A stretch of DNA of 20,000 nt from Spizellomyces punctatus DAOM BR117 (Eukaryota). The notes under the pieces are model-generated. The model worked only from the letters and a program-made list of their open reading frames with translations. It had not been told where the DNA came from and ran no database searches. Location of the stretch: NCBI GenBank assembly GCA_000182565.2, contig KQ257458.1. The stretch is one strand, 5' to 3'. This document shows, in pieces, positions 10,348 through 19,011 of the stretch. The position numbers and the translations under genes were made by a program. Each line of letters starts with the position of its first letter. The first letter of the stretch is position 1.

Positions 10348-10919
10348 TGTAACGGATTTTTTGTTGGTAGACTGTGGTAAAGACAACTTGGGTCTCCTAG
10401 CAGGTTATGTGGGTGTCCATACTAGGAATCGTAGTCTCCGAATCCTTTCTTTGGGCATTGGTAGCAACTTGAGGGCAAGAGGCAAGGAGAGTCGGTTAGT
10501 TGTGAACCGAGCAGGATTTAGAGGCTTCAGTGTGGGTGATCAGGCCATTGAAGCACTCTGTTAGGTTCCTGTTAACCTAAGACTGGAGTTGAGAAGCTAG
10601 TTGTGGGGATTTAGTGTCGCTACAGCTTCTGCCCGCAACTTATTTTTATTGAATTCATCTTTTTATACAAGAATATGCTACGGTAACATCTACACTAGTT
10701 TCTGTAACCTTCATTAGGGTGGCGGTGTCCGATATTCCCATTTCCGATCATTGCCATGATCAATTATGATTGCGCAATGTATCCTTTGTGCTGTGCTGGT
10801 GTAGCCCAGAACCAAGCTTGATCTCAGGGGTTTTGAAGCTTAGGTTGCAATTGCAGAAACCTCAATCATGGTCACCTGATGCCTTTAAGCGAACCGGTTC
10901 ATCAGAGTTGTTCACTACA
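10348..10919 (-). repeat. 5' LTR of element 1 (572 bp) with a divergent U3 part
   Basis: Plus strand runs TGTAAC...CACTACA. The first 325 bp are near-identical to 2079-2403. The remainder has only patchy similarity (GGTGGCGGTGTCCGATATTCCCATTTCC versus GGTGGCAGTACCGATCTCTTCCTTTTCC; TCACTACA versus TCATTACA). Confidence 0.75.
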
Positions 10920-11466
10920 GTAACCAGAACTGGCCCCAATGTGACCCCAGGTACCATTGTTCATACTGCAACAGATCAAATCTGGTTTTGTTGCAACGTC
11001 AGTGGCTGTGCCAGTATCATCTGGGTCGTGAACCAAGATGCAGATGAAGCAGACCCCACAGATCCAGTACCAACCTGGTAATTGACATCCCAACACCCCC
11101 ACTCAAAGTGCCAGTGCATTGGCTCTTCAAAGGGGGGATGTAATGATGAGGACATCTTTGAGAGATTGCAAGTAAGCCCAAATTGGATGCGGGAAGCACA
11201 AATTGCATGACCAACTCCACTGATTGGGTTACTGCAACTGAAAAAACCAGTTCAAGGATGGCAATTGGTGCATTAGATTTCAGCCTGCCTTGTACAACCT
11301 GTGGAGGCCTGAGCTAGTGCAGAAAAGGAAGAGATCGGTACTGCCACCAATAAATCAGTTGCGATGCAGCGGCACCCATTAGTTTAGTTTAGTTTAACAG
11401 TTTATCCAAAAAATCTTGTATAAAAAGGATGTATTCAATAGAATAAGTTGGGGGCAGAAGCCATAG
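10920..11466 (+). mobile_element. Inverted fragment of an element-1-family copy: 3' internal region, PPT (11129-11138) and partial 3' LTR (11139-11466)
   Basis: Reverse-complement match to about 2351-2897 with many CG to TG/CA changes. Cut on the left by the element 1 LTR end and on the right by the element 2 LTR start. Confidence 0.88.
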
Positions 11467-11894
11467 TGTGACAGAATTCTTCTGTCAGTGCTATGGTTAT
11501 ACTGGTTAGATGTGGTTCCAAACTAGTGGTCACATGACTTTGCTGATGGTGTCAGCATTCATTTGACCAGAATTAGATAAATAAGCAGATTTAGCCATTT
11601 CTGGCTAAATTAGATGAGTATCCTGACACACTAGCATCTGCCCCTTTTAATCAAGTGGCATAGTGTATTTAGGATGACTTGTCTCACTTGTGATTGGCTA
11701 TAAATGGTGCAATAGGCTGACAAATAGTTTAGGATGACATGTACAAGATCTGATTGGGTAGTTAGGATATAGCATTTGTCAGCCCCTTTGTCTATAAAAA
11801 GAGGACCTCTCTGAGGCCCCTCAAGAGAATAACAAGTAGTAACCAAGTCTTCCCTAGTTTTCTGTTGTCTTCTTGTCCCTGCTAGCCTGTTACA
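11467..11894 (+). repeat. 5' LTR of element 2 (428 bp)
   Basis: Ends TGTGACAG...CTGTTACA match 7/8 as an inverted repeat. TATAAAAA at 11793-11800. Followed directly by TGGTAGC. It begins where the interrupted element-1-family LTR stops matching. Confidence 0.8.
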
Positions 11895-11906
11895 TGGTAG
11901 CACCAC
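11895..11906 (+). other. Primer-binding site of element 2 (TGGTAGCACCAC), initiator tRNA-Met type
   Basis: TGGTAGC immediately after the LTR CA. Equals the yeast Ty-type iMet PBS TGGTAGCGCCGC with both CpGs read as CpA. Confidence 0.75.
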
Positions 11907-11990
11907 CTTAGACAACAACCCCAGACTCTTAGACCTTCTGTGAGAGATCAGAAGCTAAGATCCCCAGACCCCCAGAACCTGCCCTAGATG

Positions 11991-12417
11991 TTCTGAGTAA
12001 TATCAGAAGACCAACAGACCCCAGACCCCAGACCCAGCCTTAGTCCTTCTGAGTAATATCAGAAGACCCCTGCCTCTTATCCCAGACCCAACTTATGCCC
12101 AGAACCCCCCTCAAGGACTCCTACAGACCAGCCCACACCATCCCATACCACAAACCTACCCCCAGCACAACCTCCAGAACTACCACCAGACACACCACTT
12201 GGTTAGCATCAGAAGCTCTGATAAAACAGATAGAGCTTTTCTATTGTGGGATTGTGAAGAAGCTGTAGAGTCCCCCTGTATCCTCCCCACCAGTTGTACT
12301 TGCAAGTAATATTGCATATTTTGGGCCTGTGACCCACCCTATCTTGACTGCAAGTAACATTGCATCTCTTGGGCCTGTGACCCACCCTATTGTTGTTGTT
12401 ACAAGTAATATTGTAAC
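11991..12417 (+). promoter_or_regulatory. Five leader hairpins sharing the loop GTAA(T/C)A; candidate packaging or Gag-binding RNA signal
   Basis: TTCTGA-GTAATA-TCAGAA (11991-12008), CTTCTGA-GTAATA-TCAGAAG (12046-12065), TGCAA-GTAATA-TTGCA (12301-12316), TGCAA-GTAACA-TTGCA (12349-12364) and GTTACAA-GTAATA-TTGTAAC (12398-12417). Function is inferred. Confidence 0.55.
12301..12417 (+). repeat. Tandem repeat of about 48-51 bp, roughly 2.4 copies, upstream of gag
   Basis: TGCAAGTAA(T/C)ATTGCAT...TTGGGCCTGTGACCCACCCTAT occurs twice, followed by a partial third copy. Confidence 0.8.
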
Positions 12418-12444
12418 TACCCAAGACTCCACCCCATTACCACC

Positions 12445-13356
12445 ATGACCAGCCAGGAAGAGATTCTCTTCAACACCATTGCTGAGCTTGACATAGACCA
12501 GGTCAGGCAGGAGCTTTATCAAGCAAAGCTCCAGCAGCTGAACTCCACCACACCAGCCACTGCTCAGTACCAACCCAGAGTAGATAAATCCCTGGTAAAA
12601 GTCCTCCAAAGCAAGTTGAAGCCCTACAAAGGCAACAGGAATGTCCAAGAGATTAGGACATACCTCCTCAGACTTGAAGAGTACTTCCAGGCAGCTGCAG
12701 ATCTATCACCAGAAGGCCAACTGTTAGTAGCCACCACCTACTTGGAACTCCATGCTGAAGTCTGGTGGCAAAGCCATGTCAAGAACCACCCAGTAGGATC
12801 CCCTCTCAGAATCCAGTCTTGGGACCAGTTCAAGAGAGCCCTTCAAGAGAACTTCCTCCCAGCAAATGCCACCAGAGCAGCAAGAGACCAGTTGGCCAGG
12901 CTCAAACAACAAGGCTCAGTAAAGGAGTACCTAAACCAGTTCAATACTTTATGCCTTCAGGTGGATGACTTGTCAGAAGCTGAAAAGTTAGACAAGTTTA
13001 TCAGAGGGCTTAAACCCAGGGTTCAGGAACAACTGGAGCTCAACCCCACCAGTACCATCAACTTAGCCACAGCTGCAGCAACACCTGATAGGATTGACCA
13101 GATCCAGTTCAGCTACCAGAAAAGAAGCCAGGCCACCAGCTACTACTCCCCCAAGGCTGAGAACTCTGGAGTAGTCCCTATGGAGATAGATAGTATATCC
13201 ACCAACTCTGGGAAGCCTCTCTCCAAACTCACTGAGGCTGAGAAGACTGAGCTCAGAAAGAAGGGAGCCTGTTTCAGGTGCAGAAAACCAGGCCATATTG
13301 CCCCCCTATGCCCCTTGAAGACCAAGCAGCAGGGAAATGGCAAGCAGACTCAGTAG
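12445..13356 (+). CDS. gag: Gag of element 2 (303 aa)
   Basis: Intact ORF with CACCATG start context, Ty3 capsid-like [10 protein letters not shown]...SWDQFKRAL...[10 protein letters not shown]...FIRGLKP, PMEID motif and CCHC knuckle [14 protein letters not shown]. Confidence 0.95.
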   Translation: MTSQEEILFNTIAELDIDQVRQELYQAKLQQLNSTTPATAQYQPRVDKSLVKVLQSKLKPYKGNRNVQEIRTYLLRLEEYFQAAADLSPEGQLLVATTYLELHAEVWWQSHVKNHPVGSPLRIQSWDQFKRALQENFLPANATRAARDQLARLKQQGSVKEYLNQFNTLCLQVDDLSEAEKLDKFIRGLKPRVQEQLELNPTSTINLATAAATPDRIDQIQFSYQKRSQATSYYSPKAENSGVVPMEIDSISTNSGKPLSKLTEAEKTELRKKGACFRCRKPGHIAPLCPLKTKQQGNGKQTQ

Positions 13357-16300
13357 AAGATTCTGCCTCTACTGGGGAAGATATCAAGAACCACCACCCT
13401 GACACCCACCACCTGGTACACTCTCCTGTTATTCAACCCTTGGACCTATTGGACCCACCTGAAACCACCCCTGAGACTTTAACTATCCATGGACTTTACC
13501 TGGAACCCCAGAGAACCCCAGCATCCCAGAGAACCCCAGAAACCCAGAGAATCCCAGAATCCCAGAGAACCCCAGAAACCCAGAGAATCCCAGAACCCCA
13601 GAGAACCCCAGAATCCCAGAGATCCCCAGAAACCCAGAGAATCCCAGAACCCCAGAGAACCCCAGAATCCCAGAGAACCCCAGAAACCCAGAGAATCCCA
13701 GGACCCCAGAGAACCCCAGAACCCCAGAGAACCCCAGAAACCCAGAGAACCCCAGAACTCCAGAGAACCCAAGAACTCCAGAGAACCCAAGAACCCCAGA
13801 GAACCCAAGAATCCCAGAGAACCCCAGAAACCCAGAGAATCCCAGAACCCCAGAGAACCCCAGAATCCCAGAGAACCCCAGAACTCCAGAGAACCCAAGA
13901 ACTCCAGAGAACCCAAGAACCCCAGAGAACCCCAGAACCCCAGAGAACCCAAGAACCCCAGAGAACCCCAGAACCCCAGAGAACCCTAGAACCCCAGAAA
14001 ACCCAGGAACCCCAGAGAACCCCAGAACCCCAGAGAACCCAAGAACCCCAGAGAACCCCAGAACCCCAGACCACCCAGGCCACCTACCAAGAAAGCAAGA
14101 TCCATGTAGTAGTGGTGGCTCCATACTCTTTAAGTACCCCCAAAGGGCCAAGGATTCCCCAGAGTCACTTGCTGACTGTGCAAGGTAGAATCCAAGGAAT
14201 CCCAGTAACCATTCTCCTGGATAATGGGGCAAACCAACTCTATGTGTCACAGTCCTTTGTCAAGAAGGCACAACTGGTGACTCATTCTCTCCCTGGAGCA
14301 GAAATCTCTATGGCTGATGACAGAAAGCACCAAGAAATAGGCTTTGTCAAAGGTCTTCAGTACTCAGTAGGAACCTACACAGAACAGTCAGACTTTATAG
14401 TAGCCCCAATCAAGTTTGACTTGATCCTGGGTATACCTTGGTTTGCCTGGAGGAATCCCAGTATCAACTACAACAAGAACACTGTGACCTTCACCACCTC
14501 CCAGCACCCCAGAGTCAGATGGATTGTTAAGCAGGCCAGCTCTTCCAACAAATCCCAGAAGTCCAATCTTATCACCATGGTATCAGCAAAGATGTTGGCC
14601 AGAACACTGAAGAAGAGGACAGCAACAGCTTTTGCTGTGTATCTCAAGAACCCTCAAGATACCAGCACCCCTCCAGACACCATGGATTCCAAAGTCACCA
14701 AGCTTCTTGAAAACTATCAAGATGTCTTTGCTGAAGAGCTTCCCCCAGGACTTCCCCCTGAGAGATCAGTAGATCACAGAATTGAACTCAGTGACCCCAA
14801 CCAGACCCCCTGGAGACCAACCTACCACCTCTCTTCTTTGGAGTTAGAAGAACTGAGGAAGCAGCTTTCAGAGCTTCTGGAGGCAGGCCACATCAGACCC
14901 TCCAAGAGCCCATTTGGAGCACCTATCCTCTTTGTTAAGAAGAAAGAAGGTTCTTTGAGGATGTGTGTGGACTACAGGGCTCTGAATAAAATCACCATCA
15001 AGAACAGATATCCCCTCCCTAGGATTGATGAGCTGATGGATAGGCTGAATAGAGCCCAGGTGTTTACCAAGCTAGATCTGAAGTCAGGCTATTACCAGAT
15101 CAGAGTCCACCCAGAAGACATCCCCAAGACAGCCTTCAGAACCAGATATGGTCACTTTGAGTTCCTGGTCATGTCCTTTGGAATGACCAATGCCCCAGCC
15201 ACTTTCATGACTTTGATGAATGATGTCCTTAGACCCTTCTTGGACATCTTTGTTATTGTCTACCTAGATGACATCCTCATCTACTCCAAGACCCCAGAAG
15301 ATCACCTGGACCACCTCAAGCAGGTTCTGCAAGCCCTCAGGCAGAACAAGCTGTATGCCAACCCCAGCAAGTGCCAGTTCTTCAAGCAAGAAGTAGAGTT
15401 TCTTGGCCATGTAGTCTCACATGAAGGAGTCAAGCTTGATCCCAAGAAAGTGCAGACTGTTCAAGAATGGCCCACCCCTCAGAGTGTCACTGAAGTCAGA
15501 CAGTTCATGGGCCTGGTGAACTACTTCGATAGCTTTCTGAAGGACCTGGCAGAGCAAGCTGCACCATTGACAGACCTGTTGAGAAATGACAAGCCCTGGA
15601 CCTGGTCTGAACCTCAGGAGAAAGCTTTTCAGCAGCTGAAGGATATGGTCACCAAAGCCCCTGTACTCAGACCCTTTGACCCAGCCTTGCCTACCACTGT
15701 CTTCCCTGATGCCTCAGGCTATGCAGTTGGAGCATGGCTTGGACAGGATGATGGGAAAGGCATGAGACCAGTTGCCTACCACTCCAGGAAGATGGCTCCA
15801 GCAGAGACCAGATATGACACCAGAGAACAAGAGCTGTTAGCCATCCATGATGCCCTCAGAGTTTGGAGGCCCTACCTGGAAGGAACCCCCTTCAAAGTTA
15901 TCTCAGACCACCAGTCCCTCAAGTGGCTACAGAACCAGCCCTTCTTGACCAGAAGACAAGCCAGATGGGTCATGAATTTCCAATCTTTTGACTTTAAGAT
16001 TGGCTATGGCCCAGGAAGACTCCACACAGTGGCAGACATCCTGTCTAGAAGACCAGACCTGGCCCCAAGATGCATCAAGTGCAAGGCCTTGGTGACAGCA
16101 GAGTTGAATGCTGTGACCCACACCACCAGCACCCTTCAAGAGAGATTAAAGACCAGTACCACAGAAGACCCAGAACTTCAAGAGCTCATCCAAGCTTTGG
16201 ATGACCCCAGGAGACCAGAAGACCAGCAACAAAGGCTCAAATACCTCAGCCATCAAGATGGGTTACTCTATTTCCAGGACAGGATCTTTGTTCCTAGTGA

Positions 16301-17624
16301 CCCAGACCTAAGGTTGAGCCTACTCCAAGAAACCCATGACACTCAGTATGCTGGACACTTTGGCATCACCAAGACCCATGAGGCCCTAGCAAGGCATTAC
16401 TACTGGCCCAGGATGTACAAGGACATTAAGAAGTATGTCAAGTCTTGTGATTCCTGCCAGAGAAGCAAACCTAGTCAGCAACCACCAGCAGGCTTGCTGC
16501 AGCCCCTCCCAGTACCTAAGACCAGATGGAGCCAGATCTCCATTGACCTGATCCCTGACCTACCCATGACTTCCTCTGATCACAATGCCATCTTTGTCAT
16601 TGTTGACAGATTGTCAAAGAGAGGCCACTTCATCCCCACTACCACCAGAGCCTCAGCCAAGGACCTGGCCCTGCTCTTCCTGAAGCATATCTTCAAGCAC
16701 CATGGCCTCCCAGAAGTGATTGTATCAGACAGAGACACCAAGTTCACCAGTTCGTTCTGGTCCAACTTGATGCAACTCTTAGGCTGCAACACCCTCCTAG
16801 CCACTGCAAGGCACCAGCAGACCAATGGACAGGCAGAGAGAACCATCAAGACTTTGAAGATCTACCTGAGGGCTTTCCTGCAGTACAACATGAAGAATTG
16901 GGAAGATCTTCTCCCCTTTGCTGAGTTTGCCTACAACAACAGTATCTCAGAAACCACAGGCTTTACCCCATTCTACTTGGAGAATGGCCAGCATCCCAGG
17001 ACCCCAGCAACACCACCAGGAGAAAGCAATGATCCTGAAGCAACAGACTTCCACCAGTATATTCAGCAACTGCTTCAAGTAGCCAAGGATAACATGATAC
17101 TGGCCCAAGAAAGACAAGTTCAGCAAGCCAACAAGTCTCTCAGCAAGGCCCCAACCTACCCCCTAGGCTCCAAAGTTTGGCTATCTAGAGAAGGTATCAC
17201 CCCAGAAGAAGAAGCCCAGAGGCCAGCCCAGAAACTTCTTCACCCCTGGCTTGGACCTTACAGAATCAAGGCCAAGGATGAATTTCAGAATTACACCCTG
17301 GAGCTCCCCAGCACCATGAAGATTCATCCAGTGCTCCATGTGAGACTCCTCAAGCCTTACTTGGACCCCACAGAGGACTTCCCTACCAGACCAGTACCCC
17401 CTGAGCCTGAGCCAATTATCCAGCAAGGAGAAGAGTTTTGGGAAGTTGAGAAGATTCTTGACCACAAGACCAGAAGGAAGAAGAATCTCTACCTCATCAA
17501 GTGGAAAGGCTATCCCTCCTCTCAGAACACCTGGGAACCAGAAGAAAACCTCCTACCCCATTGCTGCAAGTGGTCACAGAACGGCGAAGAACGGAAGCTC
17601 TTGCTACATGTTCTCCCTACATAG
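13278..17624 (+). CDS. pol: Pol of element 2 (protease, RT, RNase H, integrase, chromodomain), probably entered by -1 frameshift near 13332; last 20 or so codons probably read into foreign DNA
   Basis: Uninterrupted 1448-codon frame with [63 protein letters not shown]...CDSC, ISIDLI, VSDRD, GQAER, WLGPY and WEVEKILDH...IKWKGY...TWEPEENL. Confidence 0.95.
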   Translation: MQKTRPYCPPMPLEDQAAGKWQADSVEDSASTGEDIKNHHPDTHHLVHSPVIQPLDLLDPPETTPETLTIHGLYLEPQRTPASQRTPETQRIPESQRTPETQRIPEPQRTPESQRSPETQRIPEPQRTPESQRTPETQRIPGPQRTPEPQRTPETQRTPELQRTQELQRTQEPQRTQESQRTPETQRIPEPQRTPESQRTPELQRTQELQRTQEPQRTPEPQRTQEPQRTPEPQRTLEPQKTQEPQRTPEPQRTQEPQRTPEPQTTQATYQESKIHVVVVAPYSLSTPKGPRIPQSHLLTVQGRIQGIPVTILLDNGANQLYVSQSFVKKAQLVTHSLPGAEISMADDRKHQEIGFVKGLQYSVGTYTEQSDFIVAPIKFDLILGIPWFAWRNPSINYNKNTVTFTTSQHPRVRWIVKQASSSNKSQKSNLITMVSAKMLARTLKKRTATAFAVYLKNPQDTSTPPDTMDSKVTKLLENYQDVFAEELPPGLPPERSVDHRIELSDPNQTPWRPTYHLSSLELEELRKQLSELLEAGHIRPSKSPFGAPILFVKKKEGSLRMCVDYRALNKITIKNRYPLPRIDELMDRLNRAQVFTKLDLKSGYYQIRVHPEDIPKTAFRTRYGHFEFLVMSFGMTNAPATFMTLMNDVLRPFLDIFVIVYLDDILIYSKTPEDHLDHLKQVLQALRQNKLYANPSKCQFFKQEVEFLGHVVSHEGVKLDPKKVQTVQEWPTPQSVTEVRQFMGLVNYFDSFLKDLAEQAAPLTDLLRNDKPWTWSEPQEKAFQQLKDMVTKAPVLRPFDPALPTTVFPDASGYAVGAWLGQDDGKGMRPVAYHSRKMAPAETRYDTREQELLAIHDALRVWRPYLEGTPFKVISDHQSLKWLQNQPFLTRRQARWVMNFQSFDFKIGYGPGRLHTVADILSRRPDLAPRCIKCKALVTAELNAVTHTTSTLQERLKTSTTEDPELQELIQALDDPRRPEDQQQRLKYLSHQDGLLYFQDRIFVPSDPDLRLSLLQETHDTQYAGHFGITKTHEALARHYYWPRMYKDIKKYVKSCDSCQRSKPSQQPPAGLLQPLPVPKTRWSQISIDLIPDLPMTSSDHNAIFVIVDRLSKRGHFIPTTTRASAKDLALLFLKHIFKHHGLPEVIVSDRDTKFTSSFWSNLMQLLGCNTLLATARHQQTNGQAERTIKTLKIYLRAFLQYNMKNWEDLLPFAEFAYNNSISETTGFTPFYLENGQHPRTPATPPGESNDPEATDFHQYIQQLLQVAKDNMILAQERQVQQANKSLSKAPTYPLGSKVWLSREGITPEEEAQRPAQKLLHPWLGPYRIKAKDEFQNYTLELPSTMKIHPVLHVRLLKPYLDPTEDFPTRPVPPEPEPIIQQGEEFWEVEKILDHKTRRKKNLYLIKWKGYPSSQNTWEPEENLLPHCCKWSQNGEERKLLLHVLPT
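13332..13376 (+). promoter_or_regulatory. Candidate -1 programmed ribosomal frameshift signal: slippery G_GGA_AAT plus downstream pseudoknot or hairpin
   Basis: The heptamer (13332-13338) is phased X_XXY_YYZ in the gag frame and pol is in the -1 frame. After a 5-nt spacer come GCAGA(13344-48)/TCTGC(13362-66) and CAGTAGA(13351-57)/TCTACTG(13368-74). Confidence 0.7.
13503..14078 (+). repeat. Coding minisatellite of 32 x 18 bp (consensus GAACCCCAGAGAACCCCA) encoding E-[PSTL]-Q-R-[TI]-[PQ]
   Basis: 32 hexapeptide units counted in the pol translation; frame is preserved throughout. Confidence 0.95.
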
Positions 17625-17967
17625 CATTTTTATGAGAAAAGAGGGGGGACACAAAATACACTCCATGATTTTTGGGAAAAAGCTGTATAAATTTGGTTCA
17701 ATTGATGAAAAAGATAGAACTAAATAGAAATATGCATCTGTTTAAATGGCCTCGTTGGTTTCCTGCTGAAAAACTGGTTGCATATTTCATGTAGGCAACT
17801 CAGGCGTCAGAACTCATCCCATCTCAACATTACCTTCGAGGCATACCAGCCGGGATTGGCCGCTCCGCGCCCGGCATCTTCCGCCGCGGAATTTCTATGT
17901 GCGAAAATGTACCCTTCGGACGAACTTTTAACTTTTTCTGCTGCGCACGAGTACGAGCGGGCTGGAT

Positions 17968-18991
17968 TCAGACAGGTGTCAAGTCTTCAAGTTCTCTTGC
18001 TGCCTGCTTTTGCAAACGATCCCTTTTTTGTAATGCGTCCGCAACTTTGATTGTGACTGGTTCCTCGGTTTTGATGAGTTCATTATAGTTGAAAATTCGA
18101 TCGGGAATCCCCTCTACCACATATCTATATGACCGCAGTTTGTCGAATGGTTTAATGACTTTCCCAATCCGATAAACATTGCTAGAGAAATTTTCTCGAT
18201 GTGCCTTTTTGAACACATTGCCTTCATGTTTGACACGAACATGATCACCGATGGAGAATATTTCAGGTTCTTTCTGATGCATCTTCTCCCAGTATCTTTC
18301 CAAGTTTATCAATGCCTTATACGGTTTCTCGATTGCTTCATGGGGAGACATCCCAATACCGCGATGTTCTCGCCTGTTAATCATTGATACAAGTTCATTG
18401 AGAAAATCCAGCCACCGCTTGTCGCCTTTATGAGTAAGAACTCGACCGATGGCTGACTTTACCGTTTTGATCATTCGTTCTGCTTCAAAGGCCATGTATA
18501 CGATACGATGTTCTATTGCATAATCCCTCATGAGATCTTTGAATCCCCCTGACATGTATGCTCCACCAGCGTCAGTAACGATTTTGTTGGGTCTCATTTT
18601 ATAAGTCTTTAGCGAACGATCGAGAATATATCGCATTGCGGGAACATACGGAAGTCTCGTCCAATTTCTTCAATGGTTGTGTAAATACCATCTTTGAAAA
18701 CTTGTCCACGCATACCAAAATATGAGAACATCCTTTATTCTGACGAGGGTAAGCGTCCGATCCTAAAGCGAGACAATCGCTTTCCCAAACATCAAATGGT
18801 GCATATGTACGCTGAACGTTCAGGTTCAGCCTCTTCTTTTTTCGATGTATTTGATGAGTACGTTCTTTCTCCAGAAATGACTTTATGTCTTTCAAGGACA
18901 AGTCTGTCCCTTGTCTCTTCAGCATATTCTTCAAGCCGGATGCTCCTACCGGAGCTCCAGGCGTGTAATACAACTTCCGGAGTTCCTCCAT
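17968..18991 (-). pseudogene. Polinton/Maverick-type retroviral-like (rve, DDE) integrase split by a +1 frameshift
   Basis: LRKLYYTP...DIKSFL...HQIHR...VWESDCL...NKGCSHILVCVDKFSK, then IVTDAGGAY...AERMIKTVK...NRREHRGIGMSP...FSIGDHVRV...FKK...NFS. Removing one base from the GGG at 18640-18642 joins ORFs 18599-18991 and 17968-18636 as ETSVCSAMRYIL. Confidence 0.85.
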
Positions 18992-19011
18992 ATTTGTATG
19001 TAACGCTTAAT

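Larger units (their letters stand above)
2079..10919 (-). mobile_element. Ty3/Gypsy LTR retrotransposon (chromovirus), decayed and probably recombinant (element 1)
   Basis: Minus-strand order is LTR-PBS-gag-PR-RT-RNaseH-IN-chromodomain-PPT-LTR, with TG...CA LTR ends. Many in-frame TGA stops. Flanks CCCTT and GTAAC do not form a TSD. Confidence 0.92.
11467..17565 (+). mobile_element. Ty3/Gypsy LTR retrotransposon (chromovirus), CpG-depleted, 3' end missing in this window (element 2)
   Basis: 5' LTR, PBS, gag and pol (PR-RT-RH-IN-chromodomain) are present. No second LTR copy follows the chromodomain. The right boundary is approximate, set where CpG-containing sequence resumes. Confidence 0.92.

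Noticed and set aside
680-10919. Fanzor as cargo of the LTR retrotransposon
   Set aside because: Fanzor lies outside the 3' LTR and is cut mid-ORF by it, so it is the insertion target rather than a passenger.
10770-11081. 103-aa plus-strand ORF resembling ORF 2736-3104
   Set aside because: Chimeric frame crossing the LTR/fragment junction at 10919-10920; only the part after 10920 is homologous.
2351-11466. Long inverted repeats (2351-2897 versus 10920-11466) as DIRS-type ITRs or DNA-transposon TIRs
   Set aside because: The element has a protease, DDE integrase, PBS and PPT and no tyrosine recombinase. The inverted segment contains its own PPT-LTR junction and is better explained as a separate copy.
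13503-14078. Repeat array as a CRISPR-like locus
   Set aside because: Head-to-tail units with no unique spacers, lying inside a coding frame.
13479-14250. Several long ORFs in other frames and on the minus strand ([18 protein letters not shown] repeats)
   Set aside because: By-products of a stop-free 18-bp minisatellite; only the pol frame connects to recognisable domains.
17635-17649. Purine run GAGAAAAGAGGGGGG as the PPT of element 2
   Set aside because: Followed by ACACAAAAT rather than the LTR start TGTGACAG, and it lies in CpG-containing sequence beyond the apparent junction.
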